DNA from: Octopus sinensis
Taxonomy: Eukaryota
Assembly: GCF_006345805.1 (NCBI RefSeq)
Contig: NC_043002.1
Location: forward strand, 117,056,001 to 117,120,000
Direction of reading: 5' to 3'
Length of the DNA: 64,000 nt
Position numbers and translations under genes: made by a program. Under the pieces are notes generated by a model. That model saw only the letters and a program-made list of their open reading frames with translations. It had not been told where the DNA came from and made no database searches. Of this stretch, positions 13,700-27,329 are shown piece after piece (the first letter of the stretch is position 1; each line of letters starts with the position of its first letter).

Positions 13700-16200
13700 G
13701 ACGCTAAGGGGCAATTTTGAAAGTGAAACTGTCGTTCACAAACAATACCTTCCAACAGAACACCACAACAGTAATAATGACGAACAACAGCAGCAACAAC
13801 ATCAGTAGCAACAGCAACAAAAGGAACAATAGCATCGGTAGTGGAAGCACAGTATTTGCTGGTGCTGCAAAAGCTTTTGATTTCAGTCCCACAGGAAAAG
13901 TACAAGTACAAGAAGATGCAGAACAACATATCAAGGGTCTTCGGAAGACAAGTAGCATCCACGGCCCCACGTGACATTCAAAAGTGGTTAGAAAAAACAT
14001 CAGTGGTATACGGATACATATAATTGAAAATACACAGACTGGAGCGAGTCCCCCCCCCCCCCTAAGCAAACTGTACTCAGCTTGAAAGACACTTGAAGAA
14101 ATGTAAGCTTTGTCACCTGTGCCTGTAAATACGGTTGTATAGTACCGGATTAGTTGCAAGTTAAGACGTTTAACTGGAACCTTAACGACTAGCGATGTGA
14201 AGAGCAGGCAGTAATGGAGGGTAATGGAGGGCTTCGATAGCACAATTATGGAAACATCGATCAGGTCAATGTCTTCTACCTGTAAAACAGTAGAAAGTAA
14301 CAGCTCCAAGAAGGCCTCGACTACTCTCCACATCACATCCACATCACAACAACAACTACAACAACGGCAGTAGCGCAACACCAAATGCAGCATCGATGAC
14401 AGCGAGCAGCCACAACAACAGTCGTTACAGCGCCAGATTCAAGAATATAAGCAACATCGACAACCATAACAACAACAGTGTCAACATTGGAAGAAGCAAA
14501 AACCAAATAGGAAGCACCATCTCTAAGCGCGACAATATCGCAGACAACAGCAACAGGAAGAGCAAAAATATCAACAAAAAGGACAGCAAAGGAACAACTC
14601 CACAATCTTCCGTCAAACACGTGACTCTCCTCACTTCAGACTACTCAGACATGTGATGTGTGGGAGGTGGTGGTGGTGGTGGTGGTGGTGGATACTCAAA
14701 CAGCTAAAGTGACGAATAGAAAGAAAAAAGAAAACAACATCATGCCAACAAAAGACCCCGGGTGATTCGAACGGATGGGGTAGATGATGCACCAACACTT
14801 CCAAAGCAGTAACCCCATTGCTGTCAACATCATCGTCATTGTTACAACCACGACCACCACCACCGACACTAACAATGTTACAAACACAAGCACAAACTAG
14901 ATCACGCAATCAACAACCAGAACTCCATCTCAAACACAAACAAAAAAAGTCATTAATTACACAAGCCAAAGAACATCAATGAATTACATGCATCAACATA
15001 CAAACACCACGCATGATATCTGCATCTTAGTAGCAAATACTATATCAGCACGCATAACAGTAATCAACAGGAAATAGAACACACAATCTTTAAAACAAAT
15101 CGAATATGCAGACGGTATAGATTTCTACTGGAATATTAACGAAATACTACAAAAAAGCTTATTCGTGGAAATTCATCCAAATAGCTGGAGGGATGGAAGA
15201 AGTATATATTGTAAGTGGTGCTTCTCTCCATTTATCTAAGATGCCCTTAATTCGCTTTGGAAACAGGTTCCCGCCAGTTCATCTCAAGTAGATATGTACG
15301 GCTGTAAAGTAGCACTTTGCTGGACAGTTCGGGACGGATGCTGCGTCGTCGAAAACGAAAGTAGATTTTACTCTCTACGGCGATGGTCTACTGCGACTCC
15401 CGATTGGAGATGCGGAGTTCTACGAAAGCCGATAAGAGTGGATGAAATACGTGAAGGAATAGCTGACTGCTCGGTGGGGGTGGGAAATCACCCGGGAAGA
15501 AGGATATGTTCTACAAGATCTATCTCCATATGCCGGAATTGTTCGGAGACTTCCTAGTAGAGGTCTATGAACTGTATGTGTACAGATTTATGGGGGAGAT
15601 GAAACACAAGTATTAATGTCGTTAATCCTTGACCCGTTGTCGCATTTACAGAGCAGTATGTATAGATTGTGGTCGCAGAGATAACACAAAACAATAAATA
15701 TTCGGATAGGATATATATAGATAAACAGGCGTTAAAAGACTATAAAAGATATTCTGGATATGTACCCCATTGATGGTGCAGTAAGTAAAGAAATTCATTG
15801 CTGGTACAGGAAGACAAAATGTTATATGAATGGGAGTAAAAGCTACATCAAGGCTTTCTGCTCAAAGGTGCTGAAAAAGCAGAGGATATGCGTGCCGGCA
15901 AATAACAGGAGGGATAGAAACAGCAATAGCAGCTGTATGCAAGACACTACTAGCCGAATACTTAGAGTAGTCTGAAACATTACTTAGTATTCAGTACAAG
16001 AACTAGACAAGCGAGAACTAAGCCTCCCCTTTCCAGCAGTACAATCTCATAATATGCTGTGGGTGGAGATGGTTGCAGGAAAGAAATGACAATCTGCAGG
16101 AAAGAGAAAAAAACTTAGATCATAAAAGCAAACCCTGAGCAAAGACAAACAAGACACATTATGAGAAACTCCTCTCCCGCTGGAACAATGTGAAATTCTC
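13700..16200 (+). mobile_element. Possible highly decayed LINE (Thr/Asn-rich ORF1-like region, then an APE-like FYWNIN start at 15123-15140)
   Basis: ACA-rich pseudo-coding stretch with scattered stops; only one short motif recognised. Confidence 0.3.
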
Positions 16201-16224
16201 AGTACTGAAAATTGCGAATGATGA

Positions 16225-16420
16225 TCTTGCGTTGTAGACTGCTGACAAAATGCATTGTATTCTGACCTTTATGCTCCCGGTTCAAATCGCAATGAGGTTA
16301 ACTTCGATTTTCATCTTTTAGAGATCGATGGAAGTTAAGTACCAGTCAATTACTGAAACCGATATAATTGACTAACGCTTCTCCAAACATTTCTGGTTTT
16401 ATTCCTATATTAGAATCAAT
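16225..16420 (+). mobile_element. SINE family A, old degraded copy
   Basis: ggttcaaatcgcaatgaggttaacttcgattttcatc...aagtaccagt resembles the family A core. Confidence 0.55.
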
Positions 16421-17211
16421 TATTAATTTAGGAAATTATTATTATAATTACTGTTGTTGCTGTCATTGTTGTTATTAATGTTTGTCACGAGCTGACGTCT
16501 AGAAACAACAGCGCTTCGGAAATGAAAAGGAAGCTTTTTCACCAACGCAGAAATTTCGGACATTTATGCCTCTACTTTCTTTCCCTGGGGTGAAGAAGGT
16601 TCTTACGTAATTTTAAAAATATTTTCTTGCTTCTGCACCAATGCCTAATAGCGATGCAAAATAGCCAGCTCTGGGAGCGTTACAAGAGGTATTAGCCATT
16701 AAGGTATACGCTCTTACACTCAAACTTTAGCTTGAAAAATCGAGGAAGTAGATAATACTGAACATGCAGACACAGGTGTAAACACAGATATTTGACAAAA
16801 CCAAATGAAAAAAACGACAAGACCACAAATTATAACCTTGAGTCAACAGCAACAGTCACACCTATTTTCCCAAAGTCGCAAGCCTAAATGAAACAGCTGG
16901 CAAGAAAGTGGGAGGGCTAGGCCACAAAAGATTGTACCATCTTGCCCGACAAATTTACCGAGGATATAGAAAGGAGGAAACTACCTACCTCTGACCCCCT
17001 GTTACTCGAGAAACACAGGTACATGCAAAGATCTCTGAAGGAGCAGATAAAGAAAATCATTTGTCACACGATGTGTGCCCCACCGACCGGTCAAGAAATA
17101 CATAAATATATGGCTCAATCTTTATGACCAGGAAAGAGGCAACAGAGAAGGCAGTACATTATTTACATTATTTACATTTGACGGATATTTGTCCTCATCT
17201 TGTTTGTTGTT

Positions 17212-17261
17212 AACACAACGTTTCGGCTGATATACCCCACCTACAGCCTTCGTCAGGTGTC
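17212..17261 (-). ncRNA. Minimal type I hammerhead ribozyme motif, core intact
   Basis: GACAC-CUGACGA-A-GGCUG(loop)CAGCC-GAAAC-GUU-GUGUU: stem I GACAC/GUGUU, stem II 5 bp, loopless palindromic AACGUU stem III. Confidence 0.75.
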
Positions 17262-17316
17262 TTGGGGAAATTTCGAACCTGGATTCTTAAGGTCTTTTTC
17301 GATGTTGATATTATTA

Positions 17317-17410
<94 letters not shown>

Positions 17411-17475
17411 GCCCGCACCCATATGGCGTATTGGTTAAGTGCGCGAGCTACTAACCCCAAGATTCCAGGCAGTGA

Positions 17476-17553
<78 letters not shown>

Positions 17554-17602
17554 CATCGAAAAATACCTTAGGAATGAGAACCCAGGTTCGAAATTTCCCC
17601 AA

Positions 17603-17648
17603 GACACCTGATGAAGGTTGGTGGGTATATCAGCCAAAACATTGTGTT
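17603..17648 (+). ncRNA. Degenerate hammerhead motif (likely inactive)
   Basis: GACAC-CTGATGA-A-GGTTG..CAGCC-AAAAC-ATT-GTGTT; two G>A changes at CpG positions hit GAAA and GUU. Confidence 0.6.
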
Positions 17649-17849
17649 AACAACAAACAAGATGAGGACAAATATCTGTCAAATGTAAATAATGTAAACA
17701 ATGTACATAATTCCTCATCCCTTAAATCTAGAACAGAAAAGGCAGTGTTAGTACAACACACAACTGCCCATAGGTTAATGCTACAGTATATAAGAAGACA
17801 GTCGTCAAATTCAGAAACGTTCTCAGAGGCGTCAACCTGAATACAGATA

Positions 17850-18900
17850 TATGTTAATTCTTCGCGATAGAAAGATATAATTCTATTGAACTACGGGAAT
17901 GTCTATCGATGTTATTCGTTATAGCTTGTGCTAGCAAGCATCACTTTCAGACTAGTTAAATGCTTCTTGATAGGAGGGTCTAAATAGTTATGGAGATACT
18001 AGTTCCAAACCATTTCCTTTGATATTTTTCATCCTTGTCAAATTGAAATGCCTGTAACAGCATCCACTTCCGTGTAGCTGACTCCACCATTCATTCTTTC
18101 CTAATCTTCTGTACACTTACATCATTCCCATGCAGCCTGAATACCTCACGTTAAAGTTCTTTAACCATTTTCCAATAAGAGCATATCAGTATTTTATCTT
18201 TCAAAAGCAAACAGACAAAATCACTAAAACATATCAACGAGATATTTTATTCAAGTGATATACATCGCACTGCTAAAACCAGTAAAGTTCCTACAAGCAC
18301 CAAGCGTTACACTTACTGATGGTCTCTTCTGGCAATCTGCGTTTAGAAGAAAACCTGCATTCTATTGATTAACAATTCTCCTAGGTGTTTTTAACTCTCT
18401 ACAAACCAGCTTCTAAATCTTAACCTACTACTGCAGCAAATAGAATAAAACTATCTCTAACAAAAGTGTCTCAATTAGTTGACACAGGCCCCCAACCGAT
18501 ATACTTCAACCTTCATTCCACAGATGTGATGTCTACTCACGATGCCTTTTCTACGCTATCTTATTGTACAACACAGCCTTCAAACCTACTCAACACACTT
18601 GATTCTCTTCTCATACATATGTCTTCCAGATTAATCATACCTGTGTCTTCCTCATTAATCACTGACTCAGTTAAACTCTTTCTCCTTGTCCATGAGCTTC
18701 TTCCATCACCGAAATTTAGTTGTTTAAGATTAACATTAATAGCAATAATCTAACCAACATCGAAGTCTGGGCGACTGAGCACTGATCATTTCGAGAGAGC
18801 CTACAAATCTCGAATGAAACCAGAAGCGTTTTCTGCATACTGTGATAATACTTTATTCTAAGTAATTCCTTCTCAACTCTTTTCTGAACGCCATTATAAT
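17850..18900 (-). mobile_element. Possible CR1-like LINE relic
   Basis: Weak RT-like fragments (IGKWLKNF; MNGGVSYTEVDAVTG) on the minus strand; heavily decayed. Confidence 0.3.
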
Positions 18901-20553
18901 AAATCACTATTCTGATGTCAATTATTAAAATATTTGTCGTCATTTCTAAAGTAGTTTGGCGAAAGATTGTTTGTTAGCTGATATTACAATAGCGCAAATA
19001 GCATTTGCGAAGATTACTGGGAGACAGTACGAAAATAAAAGAATCTTATCTTTAAGAGATTTAAGAAGTTACTTATAGCATAATGCTATGTAATATATGT
19101 GCGTGTGAGCGTATTTGTGTGTGTGTGTGTGTGTGTGAGTGTGTGTGAGTATGTGTGTGTGAGAGAGAGAGAAAGAGAGAGACCCACATAATGTCATTTC
19201 AGGGAGTACATTGTGTAGGTGATATTGATAATCTATAATATAGGACTTATCCTACGTTGGAGATTTCAAAAATAACCATTTTGTTGTAATCCCTTTGGTG
19301 CTTGTCATACAACTACAGACGTGTACAACACACCTCAAATTCCCTAACTAATGCATGGACTTATGTTTTATTATTAATATCATCATCATTTCCATATAAT
19401 CCCGTTTAATTAACTGCATTACGAAGCACAACTCAGTTGCAACGAGAGTTTTCTTGCTTCACATATGTTATCTGATATATACTTATGCATTCCGCTTCCA
19501 TCTTTAGAACAAGCTAGTGATACACTGACATGATATGGTGTCAGATGTACCGGCTGAATCGGATTATTGACGTTATCGACCTGTATAACATGAAATGGTA
19601 GTGTTCGCTGCCCTTGATTTGTTTGCTAGTAAATTGGTTGATTGAAAAGTTGCTTCGGACTTTAATTGCTGTAATTTATTGAGAGACAAAAATTGCAAAA
19701 TGGATGAGTCAGCTGAAAAAGTCAAATCTGCAAACGACTACGTACCATTTTTGAATGAGGTAAATTAATTTACATTAATTTCACTCATGAACAAGTCCAT
19801 GGTAAAAAGATGTATGTGGTTGTCATAGAACATTTCAACAATTTCTGCGCATTTAGAATTAATAAAGACAGATTTCTCATTACGAAGAAAACGGCAGAAT
19901 TTATGAGTATTTGAGAGAAATGTTACGTGAATGTAACTTTAATGGTTTGAATGGCAATTTGTTTTTGCATACATTGAACGTTCGTCTACGCGACACAACA
20001 ATAACAGGCAAACTCAAAGAACTGATAATCTTGATTTGCACAACGTTGTAGCTATTATACAAAAAGTTCAGGTGAAAATACATTTGTCCGAGTGGTAGTA
20101 ATACTACACATGATTTTGAGTATGTCAGTTGGAAACAAAGCTAACAGTGAGGCACATAAATGCAAAAGGTGCGGTGGCAATTACAAATTTTATGTTTAGT
20201 TTTGTTCTGCTCAAAGTAAAGAATGTAAATATGAATTATAAAACACACAAACGTCTAATGATACTAAAAAAAAAGATGTTTTGTTCATGTATATGTGTAT
20301 TAGATAGTGCCAAGTCTATGAATATGCACAGTCAACTGAGATAATAATGTGTTACTTACATATGCACAATGAAATATATTACCCATGACTGTTGCTGAAT
20401 AGTTGTTGAAAATTTTACTTTTTACTGCACAACCATGGGTTCAGTTTCATAATTATAAGACACCTTAAGAATATAATTACTACTAAAGCCTCCCACTAGG
20501 TTTATTCATTGTGAGGGAATTTGATAGACTGAAACTGTTCAGAATGCCGGCAC

Positions 20554-20850
<297 letters not shown>

Positions 20851-21698
20851 TAATGATTCACCACGAGGTCAGAAATTGCAGAACTCAATACGTAGAAGTA
20901 AAGTATTATTTTATAAATTATTACTGAAAGACCCATAACCTTCAGCGAAAGCGCACCCTAAACATATCTAAGTTTCATGTTACTACTCTCTCCTCTGCTA
21001 AACAAAGCCTGTTTTCTCGAGAATCGTCTATTGTTTGAATATATCTTGAAATGTTATACGAAACTTATCAAGAAAACTCTTTTCATAAAATTTCTTCAAA
21101 CAACTTGGTCGAGCGATACGTGTCAAAACGGCTGTTTCGGGATCGCGCTTTTCATTTCATTTCTCTTTCTCATGGGAATACTTCAAACGTCTTAAACTTT
21201 ATTATTAGGGATTTCATACCCGTATGAAATGACAGTTCTTTTAAGTAGTTTTAAAAGCAATTTCTTTTTTTTTTTTTTCAAATATCTCGAATGAAACTTT
21301 CCAGACGAAATCAAATTTTCGAGGAGTCTTGTACTTACACAAAAGATACTTAGCTTTGCACATTCAATTATTTTCTACAAAATCTTACTCTCTTGACACT
21401 ACTTCTTAATTTTTAACCCAAATACAGGTAACAAACCACATTTTTATTCAGAATTCATATATGACTGTGCCTTATCTACACTCGGCCAGCTAATTTTGAA
21501 TTTGTGTGAACTTGCCTCTCATAAGAAGCATACAAATTTCGACAAAGGTATGGTGTATTTTTCAAAGGAATGTTTGTGGTTATTAAAGTCCGTCTTCGGA
21601 TGTCAATTCAGTTGCCCTGTTGTATGCGTGTGTGTGTCTGCGTGTGTGCGTACGTGTGTGTGTATGTATATTTATATATGTATATACATATACACATG

Positions 21699-21760
<62 letters not shown>

Positions 21761-23149
21761 AACACACATACACACACACATTAGGCTCGTCTCTGTTGTT
21801 TGCTTTTACTTTAGCACTGTATATCAACTTTGTGAGAATTGTCTAGAGAACAATTCTCACAAATTCTGAAGCTGTATGTTTAGCATTAGCCAGCTGTTTG
21901 CCTATATATTTCCTGTCAGTCTTGCATCATTACAACTTCTGATACAACAATCGAAATTCTTGCCAGCTGAACAACTGACCTTAACGCAGGTCGTTTTTAA
22001 TATATTACCATACTTATTACCCGGCGGAAAGTGGTAATTTATGAAAAGCCATGAAAGTAATACTGTATGTATATAAATGTGTGTGCATACATACATATCC
22101 ATACATATACATATACAAACATGCATATATATATATATATATATATAATATATATATATATATCGTCACCCTCCTGGCTCGAAAGAAGTTACTATCTATG
22201 CAGTTATATATCCTATATTTTGTATGGCAAAATTAAACTCATATTTGGGAAAGTATATTCTCTGAAATCAGCTAAAGAATTTCTGATTCCTTTAAGCTGT
22301 AATTATCCTAGTGTCCTGAGCCACCGTCACACCCATCCACCAACCCATTTTAAATTTATCAATATTCCTTGTGTTCTTTATAAGTTGCACGTCAATCATT
22401 GAAATCTCATCAAAAATATTTTGATATTTCAAGAAAATATTTAAATTGAATGCGTATTTAAAATCGTTCGAGTAAAACTAACAATTGGTTAAAGAATGAT
22501 ATAGTTTCGTGTCGTTGGTATTTTAATTCTCATTCTAGATTAGTTTATTTTTTTTATAAAAAAACCACAAACGTTAAAAGCAACAATTCTACAGCGTTCC
22601 AATATCAATATTAATATTTCGGATTAGCAAACTGGCAAATTTTCATGACCTTACCAAAGCATGGTAGCCATATTCATTCAGTTCAATGGTGGCAGTGGGA
22701 AAATAATGAATGTAGTATATAAATGATAGTTTGAGTCACTTTTGTTGATTGATTCCGTATAATTACTATAATAACATAAGCTCGTTAATATTCGCAATGT
22801 CCACTTATAGAATTGTTTTTACTTATTCAGTCAAAGTAATACCAATAAGTATTTTCATTAAGTTTTATTTTTGCTTTGTTTTGTCTTTTTGATGTTGTTC
22901 AATTTCACCTAATACTTGCAACAACGCTATTATGTTCCATGCTCTGATCCTCACAACTATTTCTTTATCGCTCTTAATTCCAATATGACTAAGATAATGG
23001 AGATAGCCATTGTCATCGATGTCTTTCAAAGTCTCTCTCTCTCTCTCTCTCTCTCTTCCGCTCTCTCTAACTCTCTCTATATATCTCTCTCTTCCTCCCT
23101 CCCGTCTCTCTGTCCGCCTGCTGATAACTAGTACGGTTTCCTTAGAGCT

Positions 23150-24075
23150 AGATCCACAATGTCACCTAACAGTGGACACATGTTTCGAAGAAACTTGGTG
23201 AAAGCATCGTTGTCGCCCTCGGCCTCAACAAAACTTTCGAATGCGTGTGTTCCCTTCCTATCAATTTCAGTGTTCCTCACTTTCTTCCTTCTTTACATCA
23301 ATGATGTACTTACTGTCACCTCCACAAACACTCACTCTTATGCACATGATATAGAACAATGCTCACTACTGCACACCTTCTACAACCATGCATCAACCAC
23401 TCGCAGCTTCACACCACACATCAAACACACACTGGCTTCATTAACATAGATCCGAATGTATCCACCTACATGAAAATATTGTCTCTTTCAGCAGCAAGAA
23501 CACACACAAGTTATTCACATAAGAATAAAGCATCATAACATGACTTAAGCCTTAACGATGAGCAGCACGCAGCTAAAGTTCTCTTAATCACTCCAAATGT
23601 TGGATTTGATGATCTCCGGGGATCTTTCCTCGCGAAAGTATATCCTAAACATATCTAGTACTGCATCACGACTGGCTCTGCTAATTAAGACCAGAAAGCA
23701 ATGCAGTTCCCTACAGTTATTGGCACCCAACGAATCTCTGGCGGAACTATTAATGGAGTATTCCACTCTCCTTATTGGTATAAAGTCATCCAGAAAATAT
23801 AATCCAGCCTCTAGCCCACAAACGCGATGTCTCCTTTTTCTATTTTCTTACTCCCAACTATGATGGTCTCTGCTCCTTGGCGTTGGCTGAGCTGAGGCTA
23901 TTTCCACTCATGCATTTTCCTTCCCACTCATCTCTCCGCTTCCCTTTGTCCAAACTCTCAGACTCCGCACTAATCACTACGCTCAACACTCCTTTCACAG
24001 AAGTTTAGTCCTCCGAACTTCTCATGTCTTTATTCAACTATTGATTTGAAAAGTTTCAAGAGATTAATGATCTAG
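23150..24075 (+). mobile_element. CR1/L2-group LINE reverse-transcriptase remnant (3' part)
   Basis: FLTFFLLYINDVLTVTSTNTHSYAHD (YADD-like motif) and ASRLALLIKTRKQCSSLQLL..LMEYS. Confidence 0.75.
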
Positions 24076-24883
24076 AAAGCATGCAAAACCTAGAGGCTCT
24101 TCTACACTCAGCTATCAAAAGAAGAAGTTGTTGGAGCGTAACCTATTTTTCGCACAAATCAGAGCAGCGTTCTTTGCCTAATTCTGTGAAATAACTGTAA
24201 AGAATCTCAAGAAGAAAGCCGACCCTTATTTACTAATTATCAGGAAGAAATTTGAACTGAAACTTCTGTTGTTAAAAAGATGATCGTAGAAAAGGGTAGA
24301 TTTGGATTACTTAAAAATTACTAGCACAAATTAGTCGAAAAGCGTGAATTTCAATCTATAGAATACAGAGAGACGATTTTGAGAATAAAGCTTAATCTCC
24401 CCATAACAAAATTCGGAAGAAAGACTCAAAACAGAAAGGCATGAGAAAAGATACATGAGTATGGAAACAAACAAATTGATGCGTAAGTGAAACCGGTATA
24501 GCAATAATTACAGTGCAGCGTCAACGAAGGAGACGTAGGCTGGATTTCATATCGGCTTTATGAGCCATACACTGCTTAGAAAATGTAATTTTAAACTAAT
24601 TTCTATAAACTGATTTACTAAACTAATTTTGAGCTAAAACAATACCTTACGGTTTAAAATTTAAACGTTGTCTGTAGATATAAATATAAAATATGGTTAA
24701 ATAAGAAAAGCTTATATCTAAAAGAGTAACCTGCAAAGGCAAATTGAAAAAGATTAATATTTTTCATTGAAATTTTGAATCTAATACACAAAATAGTATA
24801 TAAAGATATATGCACACCAACCTGACACTTAACCGATGCAGAAGACGTGACATCTAGAAAAATCGTCAAGAAAACCCAATGAC

Positions 24884-24920
24884 ACTTACCTACAAAGAGA
24901 AAAATACAAGAAAATAGTAA
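24884..24920 (-). other. Candidate recursive-splicing (ratchet) site: polypyrimidine tract-TAG immediately followed by GTAAGT
   Basis: Minus strand reads ttactattttcttgtatttttctctttgtAG|GTAAGT, junction at 24890/24889, on the same strand as the nAChR and downstream of its last found exon. Confidence 0.4.
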
Positions 24921-25051
24921 CGATGATGATACACTTGTCAAAATAGCACTTGTTCGCTATCTTAATATCAAACAATAGTACAAAATCTAAATATATTATT
25001 GTTTAAAGTTAGCCCCCCCCCCCACACACACACACATATGTGCGTATGTAT

Positions 25052-26076
25052 TATGTATGTATGTATGTATGTATGTATGTATGTATGTATGTATGTATGT
25101 ATGTATGTTTGTTTGTATGTATGTATGTTTGTATGTATGTATGTATGTTTGTATGTATGTATGTATGTATGTATGTATGTATGTATGTATGTTTGTATGT
25201 ATGTATATATGTATGTATGTATGTTTGTATGTATGTATATATGTATGTATGTATGTTTGTATGTATGTATGTTTGTATGTATGTATGTATGTATGTTTGT
25301 ATGTATGTATGTATGTTTGTATGTATGTATGTATGTATGTATGTATATATGTATGTATGTATGTTTGTTTGTATGTATGTATGTTTGTATGTATGTATGT
25401 TTGTATGTATGTATGTTTGTATGTATGTATGTTTGTATGTATGTATGTATGTTTGTATGTATGTATGTTTGTATGTATGTATGTATGTATGTATGTATGT
25501 ATGTTTGTTTGTATGTATGTATATATGTATGTATGTATGTTTGTATGTATGTATGTTTGTATGTATGTATGTTTGTATGTATGTATGTATGTATGTTTTG
25601 TATGTATGTATGTATGTATGTATGTATGTATGTATGTATGTATGTATGTTTGTATGTATGTATATATGTATGTATGTATGTTTGTATGTATGTTTGTATG
25701 TATGTATGTATGTTTGTATGTATGTATGTATGTTTGTATGTATGTATATATGTATGTATGTATGTTTGTATGTATGTATATATGTATGTTTGTATGTTTG
25801 TATGTATGTATGTATGTATGTATGTATGTTTGTATGTATGTATATATGTATGTATGTATGTATGTTTGTATGTATGTATGTTTGTATGTATGTATGTTTG
25901 TATGTATGTATGTATGTATGTATGTTTGTATGTATGTATATATGTATGTATGTATGTATGTTTGTATGTATGTATGTTTGTATGTATGTATGTATGTATT
26001 TTTGTATGTATGTATGTATGTATGTATGTATGTATGTATGTATGCATGTATGCATGTATGTATGTATGTATGCATG
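25052..26076. repeat. ~1 kb (TATG)n tetranucleotide array with TTTG and TATA variant units
   Basis: Directly visible; source of the 359-419 aa ORF-track entries. Confidence 0.98.
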
Positions 26077-27329
26077 TGTATGTTTGTGTCTATATATATA
26101 TGCATATATATATATACATATACGTATGTATGTGTATATATGTATATATACATATGTAAGTACATATATATATATATGTGTGTGTGTGTAAATGTATGTA
26201 TACACACACAAAAAACTACCCATACGCGCTATAATGGTTACATACAAACAGAAAGAAGCCCAGTAATATATATTAAAAAGTTTATGGCAAGCCTCATATT
26301 TCGACTACATTTATGACATTTTTTAGTTTAGTCAGTTGTAATGTGTTATAATGATTTGGATCTCACTAACTTCGAGATATAATTATTGAAAACGCGCGAT
26401 CATCAAAGCTCAGACTAACTTCAGAAAAATAAGCAAATGTTATATTAATAAAGCCTGTACGATTAGTATGAAACTAAGTAGTACGGAAATTTCTACTCAT
26501 CTTTGCAATTCAGTATTAACATCCTGTGATGCAGAACTGTGTGCATAACGATATGAAATAAAGAGCAAACCGCATATTTAGTTCTAGTGATTCCTTCAGA
26601 GTGAATGAATGGATATGTATCAACTTATATGCATATATACGTGTGCAAGATTTGTTGTTATTGTATGTGTGGAGTATTAAGTATTCTTTGTATATGTACG
26701 TGTACTAATGTTTGCATGCCTACGCTTGTACATTTGCACTTACTAAATACTAAATTGCGTATTTTCACAGTAGCGTTAATAGATCATTGCTGTAAAGTCC
26801 AGATTTTCGAGATTCCTACTGTGGCAGCAAGTTACGTATCCAAGTTTGCCAATAATTATAGGAATAAACCTAAATTTCACTCCGAGTGGAATAACTGTAG
26901 ATTCGTCATTAGATTATATTAGTTCCCTTTTTGTGTATGTATGAATGTATGTATCTATGTATGTATACATTTCTTTAGGATTTATTTCAATTATTTTTCC
27001 TTAGGTTTCAAGCTGCTTACACAACAGCGCTTTTGTTTAAATCAAGAAAGCACATGGGGAAATTTGGATATTTGAATTTGTTGGTGTGTGCAAATATACC
27101 ATTCTATGTATAGATAAACTTGCTCTAATGTAGTGAATTTACTCCTTTAATACACAGGGGTGTCTGCTTCATTGCTGTTTATGCGTCTGTATACTTGTGA
27201 CTGGGTGTGTGAATTCCATGTGTACGAGTGAATTGCTCTTGTGTTCAACCTAGGAGCCTCAAAAGGAGAACCAATGGGATATTTTGAAAATTTTACCTCT
27301 AATCGTTTGGAGAATGCAAATCAGTTTGC

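Larger units (their letters stand above)
17154..17740. mobile_element. Fold-back composite: two inverted copies of an (AAT)n + hammerhead-bearing element around a tRNA-like head (17411-17480)
   Basis: 17154-17410 is nearly the reverse complement of 17481-17706. A-box-like TGGCGTATTGG at 17424-17434. Confidence 0.9.

Noticed and set aside
24968-26316. Long ORFs (359-419 aa) of HTYI/MYVC repeats, and many similar YI/CV/LS ORFs elsewhere
   Set aside because: These are stop-free readings of (TATG)n, (TA)n, (CA)n and (GATA)n microsatellites, with no protein signal.
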